This document shows, one piece after another, positions 14,827-27,590 of a DNA stretch of 64,000 nt (position 1 is the first letter of the stretch; every line of letters starts with the position of its first letter). The notes beneath the pieces were generated by a model, which saw only the letters and a program-made list of their open reading frames with translations, was not told where the DNA came from and searched no databases. The translations under genes were made by a program, and so were the position numbers. Source of the stretch: Octopus sinensis (Eukaryota). The stretch lies in contig NC_043012.1 of NCBI RefSeq assembly GCF_006345805.1, positions 48,856,001 through 48,920,000 of the forward strand, read 5' to 3'.

Positions 14827-15576
14827 TGTATGTATGTATGTATGTATGTATGCATGTATGTATGTATGTATGTATGTATGTATTATGTATGTATGCATGT
14901 ATGCATGTATGTATGTAGTATGTATGTATGTATGTATGTATGTATGCAAGTATGCATGTATGTATGTATGCATGTATGCATGTACGTACGTACGTATGTA
15001 TGTATGTATGTATGTATGTATGCATGTATGCATGTATGTATGCATGCATGTATGTATGTATGTATGTATGTATGTATGTATGTATGTATGTATGTATCAA
15101 TGCATGTAGGTATCTATGTATCTATGCATGCATGTAAGAACGTACATACGTATGTGTGTATTATGTACATATGAGTGTGTGTAACTGTTGTACCAGCATT
15201 CACTTAATGATATATATATATATATACATACACACATATGTTTGTGAGTGTGCATGTGAATGTGTGTGTTAGTGTATCTGAGTGTGTGTATGTCTGTGTG
15301 ATATAAAGCTTGCTTCCCAACCACATGGTTCCGGGTTCAGTCCCACCGCGTGGCACCTTGAGCAACTGTTTTCTACTATAGTCTAAGGCTGATCAACGCC
15401 TTGTGAGTGAATTTGGTAGACGGAAACTGTAAGAAGCCTGTCCGTATATATATATATACATACATATACATATGACTATGTACGTGTGTCTGTGTTTGTT
15501 CCACCACAATCGCTTGACAACCGATGCTGGTTTGTTTATGTCCTCGTAGCCTAGCGGTTCAGAACAAGTACACGCG

Positions 15577-15607
<31 letters not shown>

Positions 15608-15805
15608 CACACACACACATATATATATGTATGTATATATAGGCGCAGGTGTGGTTGTGTGGTATATAGCTTGCTTACCAACCACTTGGTTCCGAGTTCA
15701 GTCCCACTGCGTGTCTTCTACTATAGCCTCGGGCCGACCACAGCCTTGTGAGTGGGTTTGGTAGACGGAAACAGAAAGAAACTCGTGGTATATATATATA
15801 TATAT

Positions 15806-15867
<62 letters not shown>

Positions 15868-16167
15868 TGCTTGTCCCCCGCCATCGTTCGACAAGCGATG
15901 TTGGAGTGTTTACGTCACCCGTAATTAGTGGTTCGCCAAAAGAGAGCGATAGAATAAGTACTAGGCTTACAAGGACTAGGTCCTGGGGTCGATTTGTTCG
16001 ACTAAAGGCGGTGCTCCAACATGGCCACAGTTAAATGACTGAAAAAAAAATATAAAAGAACTATATAATATATATGTATGTGTGTGCGTGCATGTATGTA
16101 TGTATGTATGTATATGTATTATGTATGTGTGTGTGCGCGCGCGCACGTACATGCATACATATATACA

Positions 16168-16201
<34 letters not shown>

Positions 16202-16319
16202 CATACATACATACATACATGCATGCATGCATACATACATACATACATACATACACACATGCATACATACATACATGCATGAATGCATGCATACATACAT
16301 ACATACATACATACATACA

Positions 16320-16350
<31 letters not shown>

Positions 16351-16442
16351 GTACATACATACATACATACATACATACATACATACATACATACATGCAT
16401 ACATACATACATACATATATACATACTTACATACATACATAC
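14770..16442. repeat. Long (TATG)n at 14770-15140 and (TACA)n at 16060-16442
   Basis: Direct inspection. Confidence 0.95.
15304..16050 (+). mobile_element. Two tRNA-headed SINEs, family B (octopus OR/OK-like): ~15304-15570 and ~15642-16050
   Basis: GTGGYTGTGTGGTA (A box), GGTTCAGTCCCAC (B box), GGCACCTTGRGCAA core, internal (TA)/(TG) microsatellite, tail GGCGGTGCTCCARCATGGCCACAGT.AAATGACTGAAA. Confidence 0.8.
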
Positions 16443-16943
16443 AGTACTGAAATATATGGTAAACAATTTCATTAATTTTCCTTTCTTTTTTTTATTTATT
16501 CCTTTTTTTCCCTGTTAGACTTCTATGAGAATATGTATAGCTGTATACAATCTTTACAAACAACTCCCTCCAATTAATTAATAGTATGCTACGGAGTGTT
16601 TGGAAGTGATTTTAAAAGGAAGACATATATTTGATACATATATAATTTATCTGCGCTGTGACAAGTTGGAAAGTATTTACAGCAAATGACCGGACAGAAA
16701 AAGCGATCAGTTGAATTAGTAACTTGTCTCATTAAACTTTCAATAACGTCTGTTCTTTATGCTTCTATGTTTGTATGTATGCTTATATGTCTGTGTATAT
16801 CCATGTATTTGTGTATTTTTATTTTCTATTTAGTGTCTATTCGTCTGTTTATCTATCTATTAATCAATTTCTCTTTCCCTTATGTGTCAGTCTGTCTGTG
16901 TGTGTGTTTGTCCGTCTTTCTCTCTCTCTCTCTCTCCCTCTTA

Positions 16944-17013
<70 letters not shown>

Positions 17014-17063
17014 TTGACCCAACATTTTGTTGGGGGAAATACTGGACGTGCTCGACCATTATT

Positions 17064-17251
17064 CGCCATGATAGATCGGTAGCCACTACACACATTTTTT
17101 CTCTCCTGTTTCTTTCTGAGTTCCTTTCTGTGGAAGAGCGTAGGCTCGAAACGTTAAAAACTTTTTCTATTCCTGAGCGTATACTAATACATCTGTTTAT
17201 TTTCTACACCACCTGTCTTCGTATTTTTGTTTTTTTTTCGTGAATTCTCCC

Positions 17252-17253
<2 letters not shown>
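17064..17253 (+). mobile_element. Non-autonomous PLE-derived element with hammerhead-like motif (family H, copy 1)
   Basis: CGCCATGATAGATCG...CTGTGGAAGAGCGTAGGCTCGAAACGTT...GTGAATTCTCCC followed by (TA)n. Shared with four other copies in the window. Confidence 0.7.
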
Positions 17254-17288
<35 letters not shown>

Positions 17289-17767
17289 TATATATATAAC
17301 TCTCTATCTATTTGTTTCTCTCTCTACCCCCCCTCTCTCTCTGTCTCTAAATGTCTATCTATCTATCTTCTTATAGGTTAATATATCATTCAATTTAGTG
17401 CATTGATTGTATATAAAGGGATAACCAATTTGGCTCAGAGATGAATTTCACCAACAGCTGAGGTGATTCCACTGCATAACCACTTGAGTTTACGTATTTT
17501 CCATAGCTTTGTGTAACCAAAGAATTTTGAGCGAATTTTGTTTGATTACAATATTTCACTTAACCTTCTTATATAGAAAACGCGATTGTAATCGAGTTTA
17601 AGCTACTTAATATCTACCGGTTTCCCTATTTGTCTTCCTTATTTACTTTTAAGCAATAGCGTTTTGATTTTCAATAACATTTCGTTCGATATTTTCTAGA
17701 TCCTTCCCTAACAATAATGGAGTGAAACTGGCTTTATATTCACTGCAAAACTTGATGTATGAATATA

Positions 17768-17810
<43 letters not shown>

Positions 17811-17941
17811 TATGAATGTATGTATGTGTGGGTGGGTGGGTATGTATTTATATACACACGTTCGTATATATGAATATATATATATGTATACATAATTAAT
17901 AATACCAGGGTAATAAAGATTTTAGAAATTTTTACTACCAG

Positions 17942-18100
17942 TAAAAATAATTTACTATGCGAAGTCTTCATCAACAGGGACGCCATAGATTAAATATATA
18001 AACAAGGCCATTCCAGCATGTGTCTTATTGCTTATACATTTTAATTTTTGTCAAATCTACTGCGCTGTTGATGAAGACTTCGCCTAGTAAATTATTTTTA
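17942..18100. repeat. 36-bp inverted repeat with 87-bp spacer (possible small MITE)
   Basis: TAAAAATAATTTACTATGCGAAGTCTTCATCAACAG vs CTGTTGATGAAGACTTCGCCTAGTAAATTATTTTTA: one mismatch. Confidence 0.8.
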
Positions 18101-18266
18101 TTTACTAAAATAAGTCAGAAACCATGGTCCAGGAAAGAGATAGTAAATGTTTTTCTTTTTCATTCCCTTCGATAATTTATCCCTAATTAGTGGTTTGGAC
18201 TTTAGCTGTTCTTTCTAGCGCAGATGATTCCTATGATGGAAATCTCTTAATGTGCTTAAATGTACA

Positions 18267-18300
<34 letters not shown>

Positions 18301-18303
<3 letters not shown>

Positions 18304-18492
18304 AGATCGTTAGCCGCTCGCACATTTTTTTCTCTCCTTGTTTCTCTTCTTGTCTTTTTCGTGTCCCTTTCTGTAAAAGAGCATAGGCTCGAAACTTAAG
18401 GGACTTTTTCTATTCTTGAGCGTTATACTAATACAACTGTTTGTTTTGTGCACGACCTGTCTTCGTCTTTTGCTTTTTTCGTAAACTCTCCC
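18301..18492 (+). mobile_element. Family H copy 2
   Basis: GATAGATCGTTAGCC...GTCCCTTTCTGTAAAAGAGCATAGGCTCGAAACTTAAGGGAC...GTAAACTCTCCC, with (TA)n on both sides. Confidence 0.7.
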
Positions 18493-18886
18493 TATATATA
18501 TAAAGCTTTCGCTCCACACACGCCAGTTCTGTTTTATTCGTCTCTATCAATCGAAAGATAGCTGTTATTTTCTTGTTGTTTGTATTTGTATGTGTGTAAC
18601 GTTTTATCCGTTTTTATTTGTCTTTGTTGTCGTACACATTCGCTTATTTTCTCCACAAATATTTAATGAATTAAGCTTAGATTTTTGGGGCCAGCCAGAT
18701 CTGAACAGCCTCAAGTGTAACAGGGCGACACTGTAAAAATGATTTGGAAACTTGACTGACGAGAGATAACAGCGAAAGACCCGTCCTTGTTCTTCCTGTC
18801 CGTTTCTTTTTATTGTTTTTCCTGTCCGTCATTGTATCATCTATCTGTCGTCTGCTGCATATTTTATTCAATATTATATATATATG

Positions 18887-19061
18887 AGTGGCTGTGTGGT
18901 AGGTAGCTTGCTTACAAACCTCATGGTTCCGGGTTCAGTCCCACTGCGTGGCACCTTGGACAAGTGTCTTCTACTATAGCCTCGGGCCGACCAAAGTCTT
19001 GTGAGTGGATTTGGTAGACGGAAACTGAAGAAGCAGGTCGTATGTATATATATAATATATA

Positions 19062-19125
<64 letters not shown>

Positions 19126-19372
19126 TGTGTGGTGTGTGTGTGTGTGTGTATGGGTGTGTGTGTATTTGTGTGTCTGTGTTTGTTCCCCCAACATCGCTTG
19201 ACAACCGATGCTGGTGTGTTTACGTCCCCGTAAATTAGCGGTTCGGCAAAAGAGACGATAGAATAAGTACTAGGCTTACAAAGAATAAGTCCTGGTGTCG
19301 ATTTGCTCTACTAAAGGCGGTGCTCCACCATGGCCACAGTCAAATGACTGAAACAAGTAAAAGAGTAAAAGA
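18887..19372 (+). mobile_element. Full-length family B SINE
   Basis: Aligns with 15642-16050 and with the reverse complement of 61126-61491. Confidence 0.85.
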
Positions 19373-19388
19373 ATATATATATATACAA

Positions 19389-19427
<39 letters not shown>

Positions 19428-19732
19428 CACACACAAACATATATACATACAATAGTATACATGCACAAAATTATCTCCCTTGTTGCACATGTGCAAATGA
19501 AACTTCATTTCTTCGAGGACCTTCTGGTCTTCCAAACTCTGACTTTCGCAATAAAATTTGACAGAGAAAAACACGTAGATTTTTCGTTACTTCAGTCTAT
19601 TTTTTATTTGAAAAGAAAGGCTTAATCTTAGAACGAGGAAGCCACTTTCCTTTAATCTTGTATACAGCATTAACCCGGTAATTACATTTCGTTTTCGCTT
19701 TGCTCTTACACTATTTTTGGTCGTACATTTCG

Positions 19733-19778
<46 letters not shown>

Positions 19779-20029
19779 CACACATAACAAACGTTTATTT
19801 CTTTGTCATCTCATTTTCTTAGTTCCGCTCTGTACTCGACTAGTGCTTCGTTCTGAAGCATATGTATATTAAAATCTACTCTAGGTTATTAAGATAGCAA
19901 TCCTAATAATAGATAGTCAGATAGATAGATAAATAGATAGATAGATGGACATACATACATACATACATACATACATACATACATACATACATGTAACCAC
20001 GCGCGTGCTTTCCTTGGACTATTTTTACT

Positions 20030-20130
20030 TCTCTCCGGATCTTTCATCTTTCCTCTTTCTGACGAAGAACCATGCTTGAAACGTTACTCACTCTTTTTTC
20101 CATATTAATTGAGCGTCAGCCTAATACATA
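20030..20130 (+). mobile_element. Decayed PLE pLTR-like fragment with hammerhead remnant
   Basis: CTGACGA-AGAACCATGCTT-GAAACGTT at 20059-20085 followed by GAGCGT...CTAATACA, as in family H. Confidence 0.45.
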
Positions 20131-20160
20131 CACTGTGCTCGTATATACATACATACATAT

Positions 20161-20279
<119 letters not shown>

Positions 20280-20353
20280 TGTGTGTGTGTGTGTGGTGTT
20301 TGTATATAGATATATATGTCATAACACTTACTTGGAGTATGTATGTATATATG

Positions 20354-20410
<57 letters not shown>

Positions 20411-20454
20411 TTGTATATTTGTATATATGTATATATATATATATATATATTATA

Positions 20455-20492
<38 letters not shown>

Positions 20493-20510
20493 CTATATAT
20501 ATATATATAT

Positions 20511-20557
<47 letters not shown>

Positions 20558-21142
20558 CACATATATAAACACATTTTATACATATACACAAATGCAAACC
20601 GGAATAAGTGGTTATTACTGTTTCTTGTTCACTAGGATCAAAATACTTTCCATTGTTGACTTTTTAAGACTGCGAAGTTGGCAAGAATTATCACGCATCA
20701 CCACAAAAAAAAAGAAAGAAAAAATGAAAAGAAAAACGTTGTTTGTCGAAAGACGATGCCAAAACCATTTCCATCAGGAACCATTCCTTCGCCTTAGTCT
20801 GTTAATACAACAACTATCACAAACAAATATCTTGATATTTTAATTGTACTAATTAACTATACATTAACTGGAAATAGTTTGTATGTTAGTTCTTTAGAGT
20901 TTTTCGGTTTCCATGTTTTGTTTTTTATTTGTGTGTTTGCACGAAAAACTATTTTGTTTGCTTATTATGTTTTTTAATTAAAAAAATAATTTCTGCTATT
21001 TCCTGTTGGCGTACTGTTTCTGTCATTTGAACTCGTGCAGGTTTTTTGACACTAATAAACCAGAAGCGAATGAATTACATTTTGTGATTTGCGTTGAAAT
21101 ATACGAATTGTACGGGATAATTTTACATTCTCCTTCTCTCCT

Positions 21143-21183
<41 letters not shown>

Positions 21184-22445
21184 GTCTTCCTGTCTGCTTT
21201 CTGTCTCTTTCGCTCTCTGTCAATGTACGCTTTAGTACATACTTACACGCACAAAGACATACACACATATTCCCTCTGTTTTGTGTGTGTGAATATGCTA
21301 ATATGTGTCTCTGTGTGTGTGTGCATGTGTGTCTCTGTGTGTGTGCGCGCGTGGGTGTGCATGTGTGTAGATATATACACATATATTTATACATACACAT
21401 ATATTTATATATATATATGTTTATATACACATATGTGTGTATATATATATATATATATATGCATACATGTGTGTCAATGTGATAAACTACGTTTACAACG
21501 TATAGGTAATTTATCAAACGTAATTGTCATCTGCATCAGGACGCTCATCAGAATTCAGAACATGTAGATATCAACACACACACACACGCCCACACACGCG
21601 CGCGCACACACACACACACGCGCGCCCCCACACACACACTCGTAGAACTATACTCGCGTCCACATACATGGACACATTAGTCTTTACAGAAACATCCACA
21701 TACATAGAGAAATAAAGATTCGCACGTATACATAAAGAGCGTTACAAAGACACACAAGCTATGTTGGTTTCCTGAAAGCATCGTTGGTTTTACTGTTTTG
21801 CTTGTGGTGTATTTAGTTCAATGTTTCAATGTTCTACGTTCAATTCCCATAGGGAATATCATCCTTACACAAACGAAAGATAAGACAAAGAAGCAACAGG
21901 GTTGCACTTTCGATTTAATTAGATTTTTCTCCCCCGATAAACGAGGGCGCTTCTACTGAGACCCACGAGAGTGATTCTGCGTAGGCACTTAATTTGTCCA
22001 ACGTCATTTCTTCTTGAAAAAACTGTATATCATTTAATACAAAGGCCACCATTTTGAAGTCGTAGATTAGTGACTTAGAAACCCTTTGCTTTTTATATTT
22101 GATATTCAATAAGCCCCTGCTTTTATTTCTTACTTTTAGTATACTTATATTATATCCTACAGTAAGAAGCCTGCCGATTTCCTAGAAATAGCAGCCATAT
22201 CTACGTCAAATTTTGAAAAAGAAAATGACACATTATATATATATGTGTGGTGTGTGTGTGGTGTGTGTGTGTGAGTGGAATTCTCTCTCTGTCTTTTCTC
22301 CCCCCCTCTCTCTATTTATCTATCTATATATATACATACACATACACACGCAATCCACTCAACATATTTTATATAAGCGTACACACACATATATACATAT
22401 AAATATATATTTACACATTATCTATCTATCTATACGCACACACAC

Positions 22446-22488
<43 letters not shown>

Positions 22489-22494
22489 GCTATA

Positions 22495-22903
22495 TAAATG
22501 TATCTGTCAAGACCTACCATAACATAGAAATGGGCAAAATGTGGAACCTGAAGGATAAAACAATACATATTGTCATACTTGCCCTTGGAATGATAGTAAA
22601 AGGGGCTGATTGCTACCTAGTTCAGATACCAGGAAACTCCCAAATGGCAGAAATTCAAAAGATAGTGCTCAAGGGAACTGCCCATATCATACGTAAAATA
22701 CTATGGAATCTCAAATTTTAAAACAAACTCATAATTTTCTTATATTTTCTTAAACATTCCCTTGAATAATACTATGGGCAAAACCAAATATATGACACCC
22801 TTGGCATAACACCAACATGAACTTCTAACTTGTTGTCTCTTGAGGTCTCTGGGTGAGACTTGGAGCCAACTTGTACAAATACAAAGCAAAAATCAAACAT
22901 ATA
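22495..22903 (+). mobile_element. 3' end of an R4/Dong-type (REL endonuclease) LINE
   Basis: ORF 22530..22721 MGKMWNLKDKTIHIVILALGMIVKGADCYLVQIPGNSQMAEIQKIVLKGTAHIIRKIL matches the typical IE..MW.LK...IPIVIGALG...QKIVLLGTAHILRK terminus. (AAT)n on both sides. Confidence 0.8.
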
Positions 22904-22915
22904 ATAATAATAATG

Positions 22916-22951
<36 letters not shown>

Positions 22952-23357
22952 TAATAATAATAATAAAGATAATAATAATAATAATAACAACAACAACAAC
23001 AATAACAACAGTAATAATAATTATAATAATAATAATAAGGATTATTATGATGCAGCATTAGCATTACCTTTAATACGTTTATATATATATATTTATATAT
23101 ATAGCGGTTTGCTGTGCTTGAAAAGATATGTCAAGCTAAATAAGAGCGTGGTTATCCTTGTATACAGGTTGTCCACTACATCCTTTTCCAGCTGATCCTT
23201 TCTTACCTTGCGGGTTCGTGGCCGCTGGAGTCACGTAAAAGGCACCCGTACCGGTGCCTCGTAAATGCACCCGTGCCGGTGCTGCGTAAAAGCACCCAAT
23301 ACACTCTATAATTGGTTGGCATCAGAAAGGTCAACTAACCGTAGGATCCATGCCAAA

Positions 23358-23751
23358 GGCGGCGAGCTGGCAGAAACGTTAGCACGCCGGGCGAAATGCG
23401 TAGCCTTATTTCGTCTAAGTTCAAATACCGCCGAGGTCGACTTTGTCTTTCATCCTTTCGGAGTCGATTAAATAAGTACCAGTTACGCACTGGGATCGAT
23501 ATAATCAACTTAATCCGTTTGTCTGTCCTTGTTTGCCCTCTCTGTGTTTAGCCCCTTGTGGGTAGTAAAGAAATAGGTATTTCGTCTGCCGTTACTTTCT
23601 GAGCTCAAATTCCGCCGAGGTCGTCATTGCCTTTCATTCTTTCGGGGTCGATAAATTAAGTACCAGTTACGCACTGGGGTCGATGTAATCTTTGTCTGTC
23701 CTTGTTTGTCTCCTCTATGTTTAGCCTCTTGTGGGCAATAAAGAAATAAGA
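23358..23751 (+). mobile_element. Family C SINE (head plus two tandem body units) with 12-bp TSD, inserted into an older SINE-like element
   Basis: Head GGCGAGCTGGCAGAAACGTTAGC, B box GAGTTCAAATTCC, central GCCTTTCATCCTTTCGGGGTCGAT (resembles the Meta/MESC-type SINE core, from memory). ATCCATGCCAAA occurs at 23346-23357 and 23752-23763. Confidence 0.85.
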
Positions 23752-23849
23752 ATCCATGCCAAAACAGTACACGGAGCCTGGCCAGCTCTTCAGCCGGTCA
23801 GCTTCTGTCGAACCGTCCAATCCATACCAGCATGAAAAACAGATGTTAA

Positions 23850-23896
<47 letters not shown>

Positions 23897-25137
23897 ATAT
23901 TTTAATTGAACCACTACGCATCATACTCCTGATTCTGACCAAGTTAAATTCCTTGGTGCTGACGCCCCATAATAGCTTGGCCCAACGGTTAAAATAAGTA
24001 AAAATGTTCATAATCTTGCTAGCAGCCTTAGTTGGTTTCAGATTTTGGCAGAAGGCTAGTAATTTCAAGGTAGCAATAAGTATTCAACCGGTATTTATTT
24101 TATCGACCCCGAAAGGATGAAAAGCAAAGTCGACATCGGCGGAGTTCGAACTCACAACTCAAAGTCGGAAGAAAAGTCGCTAATTGTTTCTTTTTTTTTA
24201 TGGTAATGATTTTGTCAGCACATCGCCATAATTTTGATATTAATATTGATTTAAAAGAAATATATTGCACCATACAATCCAGCGTTGTGGCAAAACCTTT
24301 GGTATCTCGCTCAAAATACATTGCGGTATTTCTTCCATCTTTATGTTCTGAGTTCCGAGGTCGGCTTTGTAGTTTATCCGTTGTCTTTCATTCTAAAATA
24401 AATACTAATCAAGCTCTGGAGTCGATGAAATCGACTTACCCCTGTTCCCAAAATTGCTGACCATGGGCCAAAATTTTAAGATAATATTCAAATTTAAAAA
24501 TGACAACAAAAGAATGAAAAAAATCCTAAACTGAACACGCCAAGGCTGAAATTTGGAAAAGCTGAAGACTACTAAAAAAAGAAAAAAAAGGAATGCTTCT
24601 AAATGGATAGAAAGTTCCATTTTATTGTAGTCTTTAAACAGAGAACTACCGTCCTAGTTTTTGACTTGTAGTGATTAAGAAAATAGGTCAGTAACATCAT
24701 TTGGGCTCAAACACCTCCCCTCACCTCTAAGGCATTAAGGGCCAAAAGATATTTGTTCACAGCTGACATTAAAACATCTCAAGTGATATTCCCATCTTCT
24801 CTGACACGTTAAATGTTTAAAAAAAAAGCTATTTCATACTCATCGACAAGAAAAAACTCCTTGAGTTCCATTCTAAACTCCTAATTAAAGCGAATATCTG
24901 AATTTAATAAAAAAAAATTATATATTCATTAAAGATTTTTAATCTTTGTCTTTTATATATTTTTTTATATATCTTTTTTTTCACCGGTAATTTTTTTCCT
25001 GTCTTACAGAGGAATAACATTAATTTGAAATAGACGTGGTGCATGCAAAACTGTACGAGAAAACAAAATAAGTAATTGAAGAAAACTGTACGAAAATGTT
25101 TATGTATGACACATTCATGTATATACATTTGTACACA

Positions 25138-25199
<62 letters not shown>

Positions 25200-25205
<6 letters not shown>

Positions 25206-25682
25206 TTTCAAGTTTTGGTACAAAGCCAGCAATTTTGACGGAGGGAATAAACCGATTACATCGCCCCCAGAGTTCAACTGGTACTTGTTTTATCGACTCC
25301 CAAAAGATGCAACGTAAATTCGACCTCGGCGGAATTTCCACACTGAACGTGAAGATGAACGAAATACCTATTTCTTTACTACCCACAAGGGGCTAAACAC
25401 AGAGAGGACAAACAAGGACAAGCAAACGGATTAAGTCGATTATATCGACCCCAGTGCGTAATTGGTACATATTTAATATACCCTGAAAGGATGAAAACGC
25501 AGAGAGGACAAACAAACTGATTAAGTCGATTATATCGACTCCAGTGCGTAACTGGTACTTACTTAATCGACCCCGAAGGGATGAAAGGCAAAGTCGACTT
25601 CGGCGTAATTTGAACTCAGAACGTAACCGTAGATGAAATACCACTAAGCATTCTGTCCGTCATACTAGTGATTCAACCAGAT
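25200..25682 (-). mobile_element. Family C and related SINE units, nested or tandem
   Basis: Repeated GTCGATTATATCGAC.CCAGTGCGTAA.TGGTAC and GATGAAAGGCAAAGTCGAC blocks. Confidence 0.75.
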
Positions 25683-25739
25683 CGGTGTATTTGTGTGTGT
25701 GTGTGTGTGTGTGTGTGTGAGTGTGAGTGTGTGTGTGTG

Positions 25740-25784
<45 letters not shown>

Positions 25785-26130
25785 TGTTAATTGCTGGTAG
25801 GAACATCGTATTTCAATATGCAAGAATATATAGTAACGAGTGTATTAAAGGTTTATAAGCCAATGCTGTGCCCCACCCGTGCTAGCAGTACAATTAAATC
25901 ACATTTTGAAGTTATTTCTAAAGATTTCCTATGGAATTTAGAGCCAGCATAAAAGTTACCTCGTTTCGTTTACGAACACGTCTAAGTAAACAGTGCGACC
26001 GAAGACAGAAAAATAGTTATTGGGTTTATATACAAATATTAGAAGTTGTTAACTATCCTTCAGCACCACACCCAACTCATTGACCGTCCATTAAACAATG
26101 TATTCGTGGATGGTTAATGGGTTGGATATA

Positions 26131-26174
26131 TGTCCTGAAGAAGGTACAAGAACTCCTGAAATATGCATATACAC
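26131..26174 (+). ncRNA. Degenerate hammerhead motif (PLE type)
   Basis: CTGAAGA-AGG TACAAGAACT CCT-GAAA-TATGCATA-TA. Core intact, stem III palindromic (ATATGCATAT), stem I poor. Confidence 0.4.
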
Positions 26175-26289
26175 CTAATGCCTACAAAACGAACATTTTG
26201 AGCATTCCCCTAGAACCCTTTTCAAACCGCAAAATATGAAAGGATTATCGATCTCAATATTTAGTTTATCAAGATCCGGAAGGAGGAAC

Positions 26290-27079
26290 GTTCTTACACT
26301 TCCACTGATGAACACCCTCGGTGTGGGGCATTTTTAATGACACTTAAAAGAGAGAAGGCAAAGTGACTTCGACACGATTTGAACTTAGAGCGTAGACAAA
26401 AACAATAAATACCCGATTCAGTCCAACTATTTAACGACACTGCCAATTGGCCGTGTGTGTGTATATATGTGTATGTGTTTTAGGCTTATGTGTAAGAATA
26501 TGCAGGATTTGAGCTCAAAGTGTAAAACGCCGAGGCAAAGACGCTGCCAAGCATTCAAATCGCAGATCCCACAAATTCTTATTCGCTGTCAATGGCAAAT
26601 GCGATAAAGATATATCATAACCAGTGTTATACCTCGATATATATGAGATGGTTATTACATATCCTTCTCGTGTATATCGGGTATGTTCAGAATGACGTTG
26701 TAGAATAAAGATGTCATTGCAATTGATGCTAAAGGAATGACAGAATCACTAGAGCGTCGGACAAATCTCTTGCGGTATTTGTTCCGGCTATGAAACTCTG
26801 TTGTAATATAACCTGGATTGGGTAAATGTGCGTGCGGACAGGCGTGTGCGTGCGTGCGTGCGTGCGTGCGTGCGTTATTATGTTGTTGAGTCCTGATCCG
26901 AAAGATCTGAAGATGTAAGATTTTTAGCCTTGACTTCCCGTTCATCTTGTTAGACGATCATATCTTAATCATTACGTTGTTCTATTTTCTTCGTTAGTGC
27001 TTTGTGAATTGAGGGAAATTTAGCTACTATTTCAAGCAGAGTTTTACATCGAAGCTCCATTATTAACTCCCGTGTGTTT

Positions 27080-27110
<31 letters not shown>

Positions 27111-27590
27111 CGTGCGTGCATGTGTCATATGTATGTGCATGTGTATGCGTGTGTGTGTGTGCGCATTATCCTTTTGTCAGGAGGGAGGGCAATACTCATG
27201 ACCTTTAGAGGTCATCCGAGTCAAATGTATGTGAGAAAAGTATCTTCAACCTGAAATTCTAGCCCGAATGCTTGCAACAGTGTGATGTCCGCTCAAGGTA
27301 ATGTTAAATCATGCGGTCAGTTAAGTCAACAGTCTAGCCCCGCTTTGGTGCGATTTGAAACCAGAATACAAAGAGTTTGAAGATATGCTGTAAGACATCC
27401 GTCCCCAACGTTCTTACAGTTCCACTGTTGAACACCCTCGGTGTGGGGCATTTTTAATGACACTTAAAAGAGAGAAGGCAAAGTGACTTCGACAGGATTT
27501 GAACTTAGAGCGTAGACAATAACAATAAATACCCGATTCAGTCCAACTATCTAACGACACTGCCAATTGGCCGTGTGTGTGTATATGTGT
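26290..27590. repeat. ~180-bp direct repeat (26290-26470 and 27410-27590)
   Basis: AACGTTCTTACA.TTCCACTG.TGAACACCCTCGG...CACTGCCAATTGGCCGTGTGTG is shared, including identical decay of a SINE head. Confidence 0.85.

Noticed and set aside
26430-26455. TAACGACACTGCCAAT as a twister-ribozyme-like motif (also ~27550)
   Set aside because: It is the decayed reverse complement of the family C SINE head, and the downstream twister elements are absent.
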